Translations under genes and position numbers: made by a program
Shown: positions 35,023 to 43,902 of the stretch, piece after piece
Position numbering within the stretch: the stretch's first letter is position 1
Layout: the number at the start of each line of letters is the position of its first letter
Notes under the pieces: model-generated
Databases searched by the model: none
What the model was told of the DNA's origin: nothing
What the model saw: the letters and a program-made list of their open reading frames with translations, nothing else
From: an uncultured Acidimicrobiia bacterium
Lineage (GTDB): Bacteria; Actinomycetota; Acidimicrobiia; Acidimicrobiales; CAIXPF01
Direction: 5' to 3'
DNA length: 64,000 nt
NCBI GenBank assembly: GCA_903921205.1
Contig: CAIXPF010000139.1
Span: 71,733 to 135,732, forward strand

Positions 35023-36294
35023 GTGCCCTACGAGTTCACAGAGAAGGGCCAGCAGACACTGGCCGAGGTCAAGTCGTTCATGGACGACTTCATCTACCCG
35101 GCGGAAGAGGAGTACAACGAGCAGCTCCACGAGGGCGGCTCGAACAGCTACCCGCCCATCATGGACAAGCTCAAGGCAGCTGCCCGCGAGCGCGGTCTGT
35201 GGAACCTGTTCATCCCGCACCTCGATCCCGGTGCGCCCGGCACCAAGCTGTCGAACCTCGACTACGCCCCCATCTCCGAGCAGCTCGGCAAGGTTCCTTT
35301 CGCCTCGGAGGCGATGAACAGCTCCGCTCCTGACACCGGCAACATGGAGATCCTCAACCTCTACGCGTCGGAACGGGTCAAGGAGCGCTGGCTCGCCCCG
35401 TTGCTCGAGGGTGAGATCCGTTCCGCGTTCTCGATGACCGAGCCCGATGTGGCCTCCTCCGACGCCACCAACATCTCGCTGCGCATCGAGCGTGACGGCG
35501 ACGAGTACGTGCTCAACGGCCGCAAGTGGTACAGCTCGGGTGCGCTCAACCCGCGCTGCCAGGTGCTCATCGTGATGGGCAAGACCGATCCGAACGCCTC
35601 GCGCCACCGCCAGCAGTCGATGATCGTGGTGCCCAAGGACAGCCCGGGCATCAGCTTCGGCATGGATCCCCACGTGTTCGGCTTCCAGGACCGTGGCGGC
35701 CACCCCGAGGTCATCTACGACAACGTGCGGGTGCCGGCCGACAACCTCCTCGGTGAGGAGGGCGGCGGCTTCGCCATCTCCCAGGCCCGCCTCGGCCCGG
35801 GCCGTATCCACCACTGCATGCGTTCGATCGGTGTGGCCGAGCGGGCGCTCGAGTACATGATCAAGCGGTCGCTGCAGCGCTCGACCTTCGGCACCCTGGT
35901 CGCCCACAAGGGCCTCATCCAGGACTGGATCGCCGAGAGCCGCATCGAGATCGACATGGCTCGTGAGTACGTGCTGCGCTGCGCCTACCTCATGGACACC
36001 GTGGGCAACAAGGCTGCGGCGACGGAGATCTCCGGCATCAAGGTGGCCATCCCCAACATCACCCTCAAGGTGGTCGACCGGGCCATCCAGGTCCACGGCG
36101 CCGGCGGTGTCTCGCAGTACTTCCCGCTGGCCCACATGTGGGCCCACCAGCGGACCCTGCGCATCGCCGACGGCCCGGACGAGGTGCACAAGTTCACCAT
36201 CGCCCGCCGCGAGATCATGAAGCACGCCCCGGACTTCAAGATCATGGGTGGCAACCGCAACGCCGAGGAGCCGCAGGCGTTCATGCGTCCCTGA
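35023..36294 (+). CDS. Acyl-CoA dehydrogenase family protein
   Basis: 423 aa. The N-terminus MPYEFTEKGQQTLAEVKSFMDDFIYPAEEEY is followed by FSMTEPDVASSDATN, GRKWYSSGA and IADGPDEVH. Confidence 0.9.
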   Translation: MPYEFTEKGQQTLAEVKSFMDDFIYPAEEEYNEQLHEGGSNSYPPIMDKLKAAARERGLWNLFIPHLDPGAPGTKLSNLDYAPISEQLGKVPFASEAMNSSAPDTGNMEILNLYASERVKERWLAPLLEGEIRSAFSMTEPDVASSDATNISLRIERDGDEYVLNGRKWYSSGALNPRCQVLIVMGKTDPNASRHRQQSMIVVPKDSPGISFGMDPHVFGFQDRGGHPEVIYDNVRVPADNLLGEEGGGFAISQARLGPGRIHHCMRSIGVAERALEYMIKRSLQRSTFGTLVAHKGLIQDWIAESRIEIDMAREYVLRCAYLMDTVGNKAAATEISGIKVAIPNITLKVVDRAIQVHGAGGVSQYFPLAHMWAHQRTLRIADGPDEVHKFTIARREIMKHAPDFKIMGGNRNAEEPQAFMRP

Positions 36295-36423
36295 TCCCCG
36301 GTGGGGCAGGTTCGCGGTCCCTGGACCGTGGTGTCGGAGCGAGGTCCCTGCGGGGGCCTCGTTCCGCGTCCGGGTCCACGCCGACCGGTCGGGTCGGTTG
36401 CTCGGGCCGGCGGGCGCCGGCGG

Positions 36424-37209
36424 TCAGCCCCGCAGGAACTGGGCGAGCTCGGTCTCGAGCTCGGGGGCACAGCGGGCGAACTCCTTGCGCAACGACGCCG
36501 ACGGCCAGCCCTTTGGCGACAGACCGTCGGGCAGCAGCGGGTCGTTGGTGAGATGCGCCATCGTGGCGATGGCGATCGGCAGCCGGTCGGCGAGATCGAG
36601 GGCGCCCGGCAGGGCCTCGAGGAGCAGGTCGGCCCGGCCGGCCCAGGCGTCGAGGTCCCACAGCCGTGCCACCACCGAACGGCCGTCGAGGTCGTTGGGG
36701 GCATCGGCCACCCACGTGGTGGCGCGGCGGCGCAGCGCCGGGACGTGGCGCAACCCGAGGTTGTCCGGGCGGAGCCAGACCCCCTCGCGCCAGCAGCCGA
36801 ACTGCAGGCCGAGGAGCTCCCGGCGCAGTTCGCCGGCGGTGTCGGACGAGTCCTCGACGCCGGCATCGACCACGATCATGGCCCAACGTCCGTTCCACGG
36901 CAGGCGAGGGTCGGTGCGCGTCTGTTCCTGACGCCGTTGGCGGCGGGCCAGCCGGGTGCCGAGCCGGTAGCGGTCGTTCTCGAGGGTGACGTCGCCGGCG
37001 TCGACCGCCGCGGCGAGGGCCGACTCGGCCTCGGCCGGGCTGAACCCGAACAGGCCGGCCATGGCGATGAGCTTGGCGGCGCGCAGGCGCGGTGGGTTGC
37101 AGCCGAGCAACGTCGAGAGCACCACCGAACGGACCCCGAGCGGCGGCAGGTCCAGCCCATCGCCGGCGGATGGCATCATCGGTTGGGGCGAAGGCAGAAT
37201 CGTGTCCAT
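36424..37209 (-). CDS. PaaX-family transcriptional regulator (probable)
   Basis: SVVLSTLLG...LIAMAGLFGFSPAEAESAL...RYRL is a winged HTH, followed by WNGRWAMIVV...ELRRELLGLQFGCWREGVWLRP, the PaaX signature. The start at Met 37209 is uncertain. Confidence 0.65.
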   Translation of the reverse strand: MDTILPSPQPMMPSAGDGLDLPPLGVRSVVLSTLLGCNPPRLRAAKLIAMAGLFGFSPAEAESALAAAVDAGDVTLENDRYRLGTRLARRQRRQEQTRTDPRLPWNGRWAMIVVDAGVEDSSDTAGELRRELLGLQFGCWREGVWLRPDNLGLRHVPALRRRATTWVADAPNDLDGRSVVARLWDLDAWAGRADLLLEALPGALDLADRLPIAIATMAHLTNDPLLPDGLSPKGWPSASLRKEFARCAPELETELAQFLRG

Positions 37210-37243
37210 GGCGACCGCGCTGAGTCTAACGTTCCGTGAGGGT

Positions 37244-38203
37244 ATGGTCCCGGTTCGTTCGTCCCTGCCCGAGGTCCTGCCCACCGAACGGCTCACCGAC
37301 CGGGGCATGCCGCGGCCGCCCTTGCGCGAGGAACTCCGCCGGATCCGCAACGGACGCTCCGCGCTGGCGGTGCTCTCCTTGGCGGCGCAGATCGCCGGCA
37401 TCATCGCCCTGGTCGAGGTGCTGGCGAACCCTGTTGGCTACGTGTTGGGGTTCGTGCTGTTCGGCCGGGTGATCGTGTGCATGAACATCCTCGGCCACGA
37501 GGCGGTGCACCGCACGCTGTTCTCCGACAAGGGGCTCAACGACTGGGTCGGCCGCTGGCTGCTGTCCTACCCGGCCTTCGTGGCCTTCGAGCTGTACCGG
37601 CGGGGCCACATGGCGCATCACCGTGACGAGCTCGGCCCCGACGAGCCTGACCTCGCGCTGTACCGCGGCTACCCGATCAGCCGCTCGTCGCTGCGCCGCA
37701 AGCTGGTGCGTGATGCGGTGGGTGTCTCCGGCTGGAAGATCATGCGGGGCCTGCTGCGGGGATTGCGCAAGCCGCGCACCCGGCCCGTGGCACTGCGGAT
37801 CTTCGCCGTGCAGTTCGGGTTGCTGGCGCTGGCCACCGCGTTCGGCCGGCCGTGGCTGTACCTGCTGTGGCTCGGCCCCTACCTCACCCAGTGGCGGGTG
37901 ACGAACCGGCTGCGGGCCATCGCCGAGCACGGCGGCATGACCCGATCGAGCGACCGCCGGGAGACCACCATCGCCGTGCGCCAGAGCCTGGTGGCGCGGT
38001 TCTTCATGGTCCCCTACCACGTCGGGCTGCACGTGGCGCACCACGCGGACATGGGCGTGCCGTGCTGGAACCTGCCACGGCTGCACCGCGAGCTGCGGGC
38101 GTCGGGCTGGCTGCCCGACGAGCTGATCTACCCCAGCTACCGCTCGTTGTGGGCCCGGCTGTCCTCGAGGCCGGAACCCGTCGGGACGAACCCGGCGGCC
38201 TGA
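37244..38203 (+). CDS. Fatty acid desaturase family membrane protein
   Basis: Histidine boxes HEAVH, HMAHHRD and HVAHH sit in a multi-TM context. The start is uncertain (ATG 37208, 37244 or 37307); 37244 follows GAGGG. Confidence 0.8.
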   Translation: MVPVRSSLPEVLPTERLTDRGMPRPPLREELRRIRNGRSALAVLSLAAQIAGIIALVEVLANPVGYVLGFVLFGRVIVCMNILGHEAVHRTLFSDKGLNDWVGRWLLSYPAFVAFELYRRGHMAHHRDELGPDEPDLALYRGYPISRSSLRRKLVRDAVGVSGWKIMRGLLRGLRKPRTRPVALRIFAVQFGLLALATAFGRPWLYLLWLGPYLTQWRVTNRLRAIAEHGGMTRSSDRRETTIAVRQSLVARFFMVPYHVGLHVAHHADMGVPCWNLPRLHRELRASGWLPDELIYPSYRSLWARLSSRPEPVGTNPAA

Positions 38204-39414
38204 GCAGCCTGGTCGGCGGCCCGGGCCGCCTCGCGGTACGAACGGCCGGTGCGGCGGGCCAGGGCGGCGACGTCGTCGTACTCGGGTTTGGCGCCGTAGG
38301 GGCCGACCTTGACCCGGACCGGCTGGCCGTCGACGAGCACCTCGACCAGCCGGCGCGGCGCCACCCAGCGTTCGACCAGGCGCTGGCGGATGCCCAGGGT
38401 GCCGGTTTCGCGGGCGACGAGCAGGGTGAGCGACGGGGCCGCCTCCACCGGGCACAACACCGACAGCACCACCCCGGACCGGGACTTCTTCATCGTGGCC
38501 GGGGTGCACCAGGCATCGAGCGCTCCGGCTTCGAGCAGGCGCTCGACGGTGTGGCCGAGCTGCTCGGCGGTCACGTCGTCGAGGTTGGTCTCGAGGCAGG
38601 TCACCGTCTGGGCGTCGGTGGTGTCGGCCGGGGCGAGGGCGGCCGGCGTGAGCGTCGCGGGGTCGAGCGGGAACCCCGCCGGGGTCCGCTCGGCGTCGTA
38701 GGACGTGCCGATCACCACCTGCACGACGTTGGGCCGGCCGGGCGGGTTGCGTGTGCCCGCGCCGTAGCCGCTTGCCTGCAGCTCGAAGGTCGGGGCCGCC
38801 CCGTAGCGTTCGGCCAGAGCACCGAGCAGCGCCGCGCCGGTCGGGGTGGTCAGCTCCATGTCGACGTCGACGCCGCGGATCGGTGCGCCCTCGAGCACCC
38901 GCAGCACCGCCGGGGCCGGATTCGGCAGGGTCCCGTGGGCGGCCTTGACGGTGCCGACGCCGACCGCCACCGGGGCCGAGGTCACCTGGTCGATGCCCAG
39001 CAGCTCCAACGCCACGGCGGTGCCGACGATGTCGATGATCGAGTCGATGGCGCCGACCTCGTGGAAGTGCACGTCGGGTGGGGCCACCCCGTGCAGGCGT
39101 CCTTCGGCCACGGCGAGCAGGGCGAAGGTGGCCTCGGCGCGGCGGGTTGCCCGCGGCGCGAGCCCGGCGGCCTTGATGGTGTCGATGATGTCCCCGGCCC
39201 GGCGATGGTGGTGCTGCTCGGCCACCTCGACCCGCACGTGGGTGGCGACGATGCCGGCCCGTTCGACCCGCGCCGCAGTGAGTTCCCAACCGGGGTACCC
39301 GAGCAGACGGCAGGCCGCCTCGATCTCGGCGAGATCGGCGCCGGCGTCGACGAGCGCGCCGAGGGCCATGTCCCCGGCGATACCGGCGAACGGGTTGAAC
39401 CAGGCGATCCTCAT
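38137..39414 (-). CDS. larC: LarC-family nickel-pincer cofactor nickel insertion protein
   Basis: MRIAWFNPFAGIAGDMALGALVDAGADL... plus a His-rich patch (AEQHHHRRAGD). It is encoded as a single fused polypeptide. The 3' end overlaps the convergent desaturase gene by 67 nt. Confidence 0.85.
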   Translation of the reverse strand: MRIAWFNPFAGIAGDMALGALVDAGADLAEIEAACRLLGYPGWELTAARVERAGIVATHVRVEVAEQHHHRRAGDIIDTIKAAGLAPRATRRAEATFALLAVAEGRLHGVAPPDVHFHEVGAIDSIIDIVGTAVALELLGIDQVTSAPVAVGVGTVKAAHGTLPNPAPAVLRVLEGAPIRGVDVDMELTTPTGAALLGALAERYGAAPTFELQASGYGAGTRNPPGRPNVVQVVIGTSYDAERTPAGFPLDPATLTPAALAPADTTDAQTVTCLETNLDDVTAEQLGHTVERLLEAGALDAWCTPATMKKSRSGVVLSVLCPVEAAPSLTLLVARETGTLGIRQRLVERWVAPRRLVEVLVDGQPVRVKVGPYGAKPEYDDVAALARRTGRSYREAARAADQAAQAAGFVPTGSGLEDSRAHNER

Positions 39415-40241
39415 GCGGGCCGGGCCGGCGAATCTGTGGGCGAACCTGTGGGCGAATCGGCTCGTGGCGAATCGACGTCGATTCGCCGCGACGTTCCCGA
39501 CAGCCGTAGCACCGCGCAGGCGGCGCCGAAGCCGTTGTCGATGCCCACCACGGTCACCCCCGAGGCGCAGGTGGCCAGCATCGCCAGCAGGGCGGTGACC
39601 CCCTGCAGCCCGGCTCCGTAGCCCACCGAGGTCGGCACCGCGATCACCGGTGCGCCGATCAGGCCGCCGATGACGGAGACCAGGGCGCCTTCCATGCCGG
39701 CCACGACCACGGCGGCGCGGATGCCGTCGAGCTCGTCGAGGCTGGCGAGCAGCCGGTGCAGGCCCGCCACCCCGACGTCGTCGAGGCGGCGCACGGGCAC
39801 ACCGTGGGCCTCGAGCACGACCGCGCACTCATCGGCGACCGCGAGATCGGCGGTACCGGCGGTCAGCACGGCCACCGGCCGGGGGTCGTCGCCACCGGTT
39901 GCCCGGGGAACCGGTCGCCACAGCAGGGTGTTGCCGCGACGCACGCCGTCGGGGGCTGCGGCCAGGCAGGCCGCGGCCTGCTGGTCGTCGACCCGGGTCA
40001 CCAGCACCGGTCCCGATCCGGACGCCAACAGCTCGCCGACCACGGCGGCGCAGTGCTCCGGCGTCTTGCCCGGTCCGTACACCGCCTCGGGGAACCCTTG
40101 GCGCAGATGCCGGTGGTGGTCGACCCGGGCGATGCCGAGATCGGCGAAGGGCAGGCGCCGCAGGCGGGCGACGGCGTCGTCGGGAGCGATCGTGCCGGAG
40201 GCCACGTCGCTCAGGAGTGTGCGCAGCGCCGCCTCGTCCAT
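39411..40241 (-). CDS. larB: LarB-family pyridinium-3,5-biscarboxylic acid mononucleotide synthase (PurE-like)
   Basis: RLPFADLGIARVDHHRHLRQGFPEAVYGPGKTPEH..., VVVAGMEGAL and the PurE-like core are present. The stop overlaps the larC start (ATGA). The last 25 or so codons are encoded by repeat DNA. Confidence 0.85.
   Translation of the reverse strand: MDEAALRTLLSDVASGTIAPDDAVARLRRLPFADLGIARVDHHRHLRQGFPEAVYGPGKTPEHCAAVVGELLASGSGPVLVTRVDDQQAAACLAAAPDGVRRGNTLLWRPVPRATGGDDPRPVAVLTAGTADLAVADECAVVLEAHGVPVRRLDDVGVAGLHRLLASLDELDGIRAAVVVAGMEGALVSVIGGLIGAPVIAVPTSVGYGAGLQGVTALLAMLATCASGVTVVGIDNGFGAACAVLRLSGTSRRIDVDSPRADSPTGSPTDSPARPA
39466..39487. repeat. Copy of the GGCGAATCGACGTCGATTCGCC palindrome, preceded by degenerate GGCGAAYC units (39428-39465)
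   Basis: Direct reading gives ggcgaatctgtgggcgaacctgtgggcgaatcggctcgtGGCGAATCGACGTCGATTCGCC. Confidence 0.95.
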
Positions 40242-40355
40242 GGCCCACCATCCTGCCCAACGCCGGCGGGCAGGCCACAACCGGAGGCCGGGTCGGCACC
40301 CGATCGGGGGTGAATCGGTTCGACCGGCACAGCGACCGTCTGGCAGGGTGCGCCC

Positions 40356-40814
40356 ATGAAGACCCGGCTGATCCTGGACTACTACGACGCCTGCAACCGG
40401 GGTGACGTCGAGGCGCTCGCGTCGATGTTCACCGAGGACGTGGTCCACTACTTCCTGGCCCCGAACCTCGCTCCGGCTGCGGTGGCCGGCCGTGACCATC
40501 TCGCCCGGTACTGGCGCAAGGTCCAGTCGATGCTCGACGGTCGCTGGGTCGTCGACCACGTGCTCGCGCCCGATGACGGCGATGAGGCCGTCATCGAGTG
40601 GACGCTGTTCTGGACCTCGCCGCAGACGGGCACCCGTGTCGCCACCCGGGGTGCGGAGTGGTACGTGTTCGAGGGCGAGCTGATCCGCGAGATCCGGGCC
40701 TACTACCGCCAGGAGCACGCCAGCTCCGAGCTGGAGTCGTTCCCCTACGCCGCGCGGGGCTTCTCGCTGCTCGGGGCGGAGTTCAGTGCCCTGCACCCCT
40801 CCTCGGAGGGCTGA
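40356..40814 (+). CDS. SnoaL-like / NTF2-fold protein
   Basis: MKTRLILDYYDACNRGDVEALASMFTEDVVHY... is the typical SnoaL/ketosteroid-isomerase-like N-terminus. Confidence 0.75.
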   Translation: MKTRLILDYYDACNRGDVEALASMFTEDVVHYFLAPNLAPAAVAGRDHLARYWRKVQSMLDGRWVVDHVLAPDDGDEAVIEWTLFWTSPQTGTRVATRGAEWYVFEGELIREIRAYYRQEHASSELESFPYAARGFSLLGAEFSALHPSSEG

Positions 40815-40838
40815 GCTGCTCGGCGAGGTGCTCGCCGG

Positions 40839-41642
40839 TCAGCTCCGGGGCCGGGGTGCCGTGTCCAGCCGCACGGCGATGCCCTCGAGGCCGGGACCGG
40901 CGGCGGGATAGCGGCGCAACACCTCGGGATCGTGCCCGGGCACCGCCCACGCCGGGTCGTCGGCGAGGCGGCGCACGGTGTCGTGGCCCTCCAACATGGC
41001 GCCCATGTCCAGCACCGTGGTGAAGGGCCGGTTCTGGTCGAGATGGTCGTAGTAGTGGGCAGCATCGGAGGCCAGCACGATCCAGCCGATGCGGGTATGC
41101 ACCCGCACCGCCTGCAGGCCGGCGGTGTGCCCGCCGATGAGGTGCAACGACAAGCCGGGAGCGAGCTGCTCGTCGCCGTCGTGGAAGACCACGCGGTCGC
41201 GGTACACCTCCACCACCAGGGCACCGACCTGCTCGCCGGTGAAGCCGTGCCGCAACGCCGCGCGGGTCATGTGGCGGCCGGTGGCGAAGGCCATCTCACG
41301 GTCCTGCACATGGAACCGGGCCTGGGGGAACTGCTCGAACCCGCCCACGTGGTCGTAGTGCAGGTGGGTGAGGATCACGTCGGACACCGTGGCCGCATCG
41401 ACCCCGACCAGAGCGAGACCCTCGGCTGCGCTGCGCAGGAACGTGCGGCCACGGCCCTCACCGTCGGCCTTGGAGAAGCCGGTGTCGACCACCCAGGTGC
41501 GCTCGGCACCGACGACGGCCCACACGAAGTAGTCCATGGGCATCGGCACGTCGTGACGGTCCCCGCCCACGAAGTGCTCGGGCCGGCGGGCCGCCCGCTC
41601 GCCGTACTTGATCGCATACACCTCGTAGCGCGGCTCGCTCAT
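40839..41642 (-). CDS. MBL-fold metallo-hydrolase (N-acyl-homoserine-lactonase-like)
   Basis: The zinc motif ILTHLHYDHVGG is present, and the length of about 267 aa fits. Confidence 0.85.
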   Translation of the reverse strand: MSEPRYEVYAIKYGERAARRPEHFVGGDRHDVPMPMDYFVWAVVGAERTWVVDTGFSKADGEGRGRTFLRSAAEGLALVGVDAATVSDVILTHLHYDHVGGFEQFPQARFHVQDREMAFATGRHMTRAALRHGFTGEQVGALVVEVYRDRVVFHDGDEQLAPGLSLHLIGGHTAGLQAVRVHTRIGWIVLASDAAHYYDHLDQNRPFTTVLDMGAMLEGHDTVRRLADDPAWAVPGHDPEVLRRYPAAGPGLEGIAVRLDTAPRPRS

Positions 41643-41651
41643 GGCCGGACC

Positions 41652-42761
41652 TTATCCACGCGGCAGGATGCGCCGCTCGACGAGCGCCTGCAGCCAGGTG
41701 CAGAAGGACTCCTCGGTGTCGTACACCTCGCAGAACCCGGCCTGGCGCAGCTTCACGGTGGACACGAAGGTCGGTGGCCGCGGCGTGGTGGCACCGTAGG
41801 CGAAGCAACGGTCGGCGTAATGGTGGGACTCGCCGAGCAGATCGGCCATACCGATCGGTCTGAGGCCGTGCCGCTGGACCAGCCGGTCCCACCGATCGGC
41901 CTGGGCCGGCAGGTAGGTCGCCAGCTCGACCGGCTCGTCCGGACCGGTCGGTACGCCGAGCACCTCGGCCATGGCCGGCCACAGGTTGCGCCAGTCGAAC
42001 ACGTCGCCGTTGGTGACGTTGTAGGTCTCGCCGGCGGCGACGGCGTTGGTCGCCGCCCAGTGCAACACCGACGCCACCAGGCGGGCATCGGCCGCCTCCC
42101 ACACGTAGGGCACGCCGCCGGGGAAGGAGAACGGCTTGCCCTCGTCGTGGCGCAGCGCGGCGTAGGCCCCGATGACGGGCGGCAGGTTCATCACGACACC
42201 GTGGTTCGGCCCGACGATCAACTGTGGCCGCAGGATGGTGAAGCTCCACCCGCCTGCCGCCGCCCGCTCGCGGACGAGGTCCTCCTGCAACCAGTAGAAG
42301 TTGGGATGGGGATCGCGCGGGGCGCGCTCGCGGGCAGGCACCGGGATGGGGTGCAGGTGCGCACCATACGCCTTGGTACCCTGCAGCAGGCTCAGGTGCT
42401 CGAGGCCCGCCACTGCGCCGAGCGGGTCGAGGACGTTGCGCAGCAGGTCCGCGTTGAGCGCCATCTGCTCCGGATCGCGCCATCCCCGCACCAGGCCCGG
42501 CTGTTCGGAGACCGCGGCGTACACGACGTGGGTCACCGACCCCAGGGTCGAGAACGCCGCCTCGCAGGCGGCGCGGTCGCGCAGATCGACCGACAGGTGC
42601 TGCAGCGAATCGACGTCGATTCGCCGATTCGCCGGGTCCGGGCCGAGCTCGGGCGGGCGACGGGACACGGCGAGCACCCGCCAGCCCTCCCTGAGGAACT
42701 TCTCCACCGCCGCGGTTCCCACCACGCCGCTGGCACCGACGACGAGCACGGTTGCGGTCAT
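41652..42761 (-). CDS. SDR-family NAD(P)-dependent epimerase/dehydratase-like oxidoreductase
   Basis: Rossmann N-terminus MTATVLVVGASGVVGTAAV. An extended-SDR-like protein of 369 aa. Confidence 0.85.
   Translation of the reverse strand: MTATVLVVGASGVVGTAAVEKFLREGWRVLAVSRRPPELGPDPANRRIDVDSLQHLSVDLRDRAACEAAFSTLGSVTHVVYAAVSEQPGLVRGWRDPEQMALNADLLRNVLDPLGAVAGLEHLSLLQGTKAYGAHLHPIPVPARERAPRDPHPNFYWLQEDLVRERAAAGGWSFTILRPQLIVGPNHGVVMNLPPVIGAYAALRHDEGKPFSFPGGVPYVWEAADARLVASVLHWAATNAVAAGETYNVTNGDVFDWRNLWPAMAEVLGVPTGPDEPVELATYLPAQADRWDRLVQRHGLRPIGMADLLGESHHYADRCFAYGATTPRPPTFVSTVKLRQAGFCEVYDTEESFCTWLQALVERRILPRG
42606..42626. repeat. Copy of the GCGAATCGACGTCGATTCGCC palindrome inside the SDR coding sequence, followed by a partial GATTCGCC
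   Basis: Direct reading gives caGCGAATCGACGTCGATTCGCCgattcgcc. On the minus strand it encodes ...ANRRIDVDSLQ... Confidence 0.95.
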
Positions 42762-42849
42762 GGACCGACCCTAACGCCGCCGGTCCCCACGGGTGCACCG
42801 GCCCAGCGGACCCACGTGCGACTCGCCACCGGTTGTCTACGCTGCCGCC

Positions 42850-43842
42850 ATGCGTGCCTACCACCTCACCGGTGTCGCCGATTCGCCTCTCGAGCTGCTC
42901 GAGCTGGACACCCCACAACCCGGTCCGGGGGAGGTGGCGGTCCGGGTTCGGGCCACCTCGCTCAACTACCGGGACCTGATGATCAGCCGGCGCGGCCGCC
43001 GGGGCATCGTGCCGCTCTCGGACGGGGCGGGCGAGGTGCTGGCGGTCGGCCCCGGGGTCAGCAGCGTGCAGGTCGGCGAGCTGGTGGCCGGGACGTTCTT
43101 CTCGCACTGGCCCGCGGGCCGCATCAGCGCAGCCGTGCACGACAGTGCGCTCGGCGGTGCGGTGGACGGCATGCTGGCCGAGGTGGCGGTGCTGCCCGAG
43201 CACGGGGTGATCCCGGCGCCGCGCGGCTGGACCGCAGAACAGACCGCCACGCTGCCCTGCGCCGCGCTGACGGCGTGGAATGCCCTGGTGGAGGGCAGCC
43301 CGATCAAGGCCGGCCAGACCGTGCTGCTGCTGGGCACCGGTGGCGTGTCGGTGTTCGGCCTGCAGTTCGCCAAGATGATGGGGGCGCGGACCATCATCAC
43401 CTCGAGCAGCGACGAGAAGCTGGCCCGGATGCGCGCCCTGGGGGCCGACGCCGAGATCAACTACGCGGCCCACGAGAACTGGGCCGAGGTGGTGCTCGAG
43501 GAGACGGGCGGGGTCGGCGCCGATCTGGTCCTCGAGGTCGGTGGGGCAGGCACCCTGGCGCAGTCGATGGCCTGCACCCGCCACGGCGGGCAGATCGCCC
43601 TGATCGGCATCCTGGCCGGTGCGTCGGGGCAGGTGAACCCCGGCCTGCTGGTCGGCCGCAGCGTCGACCTGCGGGGCCTGTACGTCGGTAGCCGTGAGAT
43701 GTTCGCCGAGATGAACGCGGCCATCGACCTGCACGGGCTCGAACCGCTCGTCGACGAGGTCTTCCCCTTCGAGCAGGCCGACGCCGCCTACCGTCACCTG
43801 GCCTCGCAGACCCACGTCGGCAAGGTGGTGATCAGCGTCTGA
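42850..43842 (+). CDS. Zinc-type alcohol dehydrogenase / NADPH:quinone oxidoreductase family protein
   Basis: MRAYHLTG...PGPGEVAVRVRATSLNYRD and the nucleotide-binding motif LLLGTGGVSVFGLQFAK are present. Confidence 0.85.
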   Translation: MRAYHLTGVADSPLELLELDTPQPGPGEVAVRVRATSLNYRDLMISRRGRRGIVPLSDGAGEVLAVGPGVSSVQVGELVAGTFFSHWPAGRISAAVHDSALGGAVDGMLAEVAVLPEHGVIPAPRGWTAEQTATLPCAALTAWNALVEGSPIKAGQTVLLLGTGGVSVFGLQFAKMMGARTIITSSSDEKLARMRALGADAEINYAAHENWAEVVLEETGGVGADLVLEVGGAGTLAQSMACTRHGGQIALIGILAGASGQVNPGLLVGRSVDLRGLYVGSREMFAEMNAAIDLHGLEPLVDEVFPFEQADAAYRHLASQTHVGKVVISV

Positions 43843-43902
43843 GCGTCCGGCCGGCCCGGCTCGGCCGGCACCCGGCCGGCACCCGGTCGGCGGCGACGCC
43901 GC

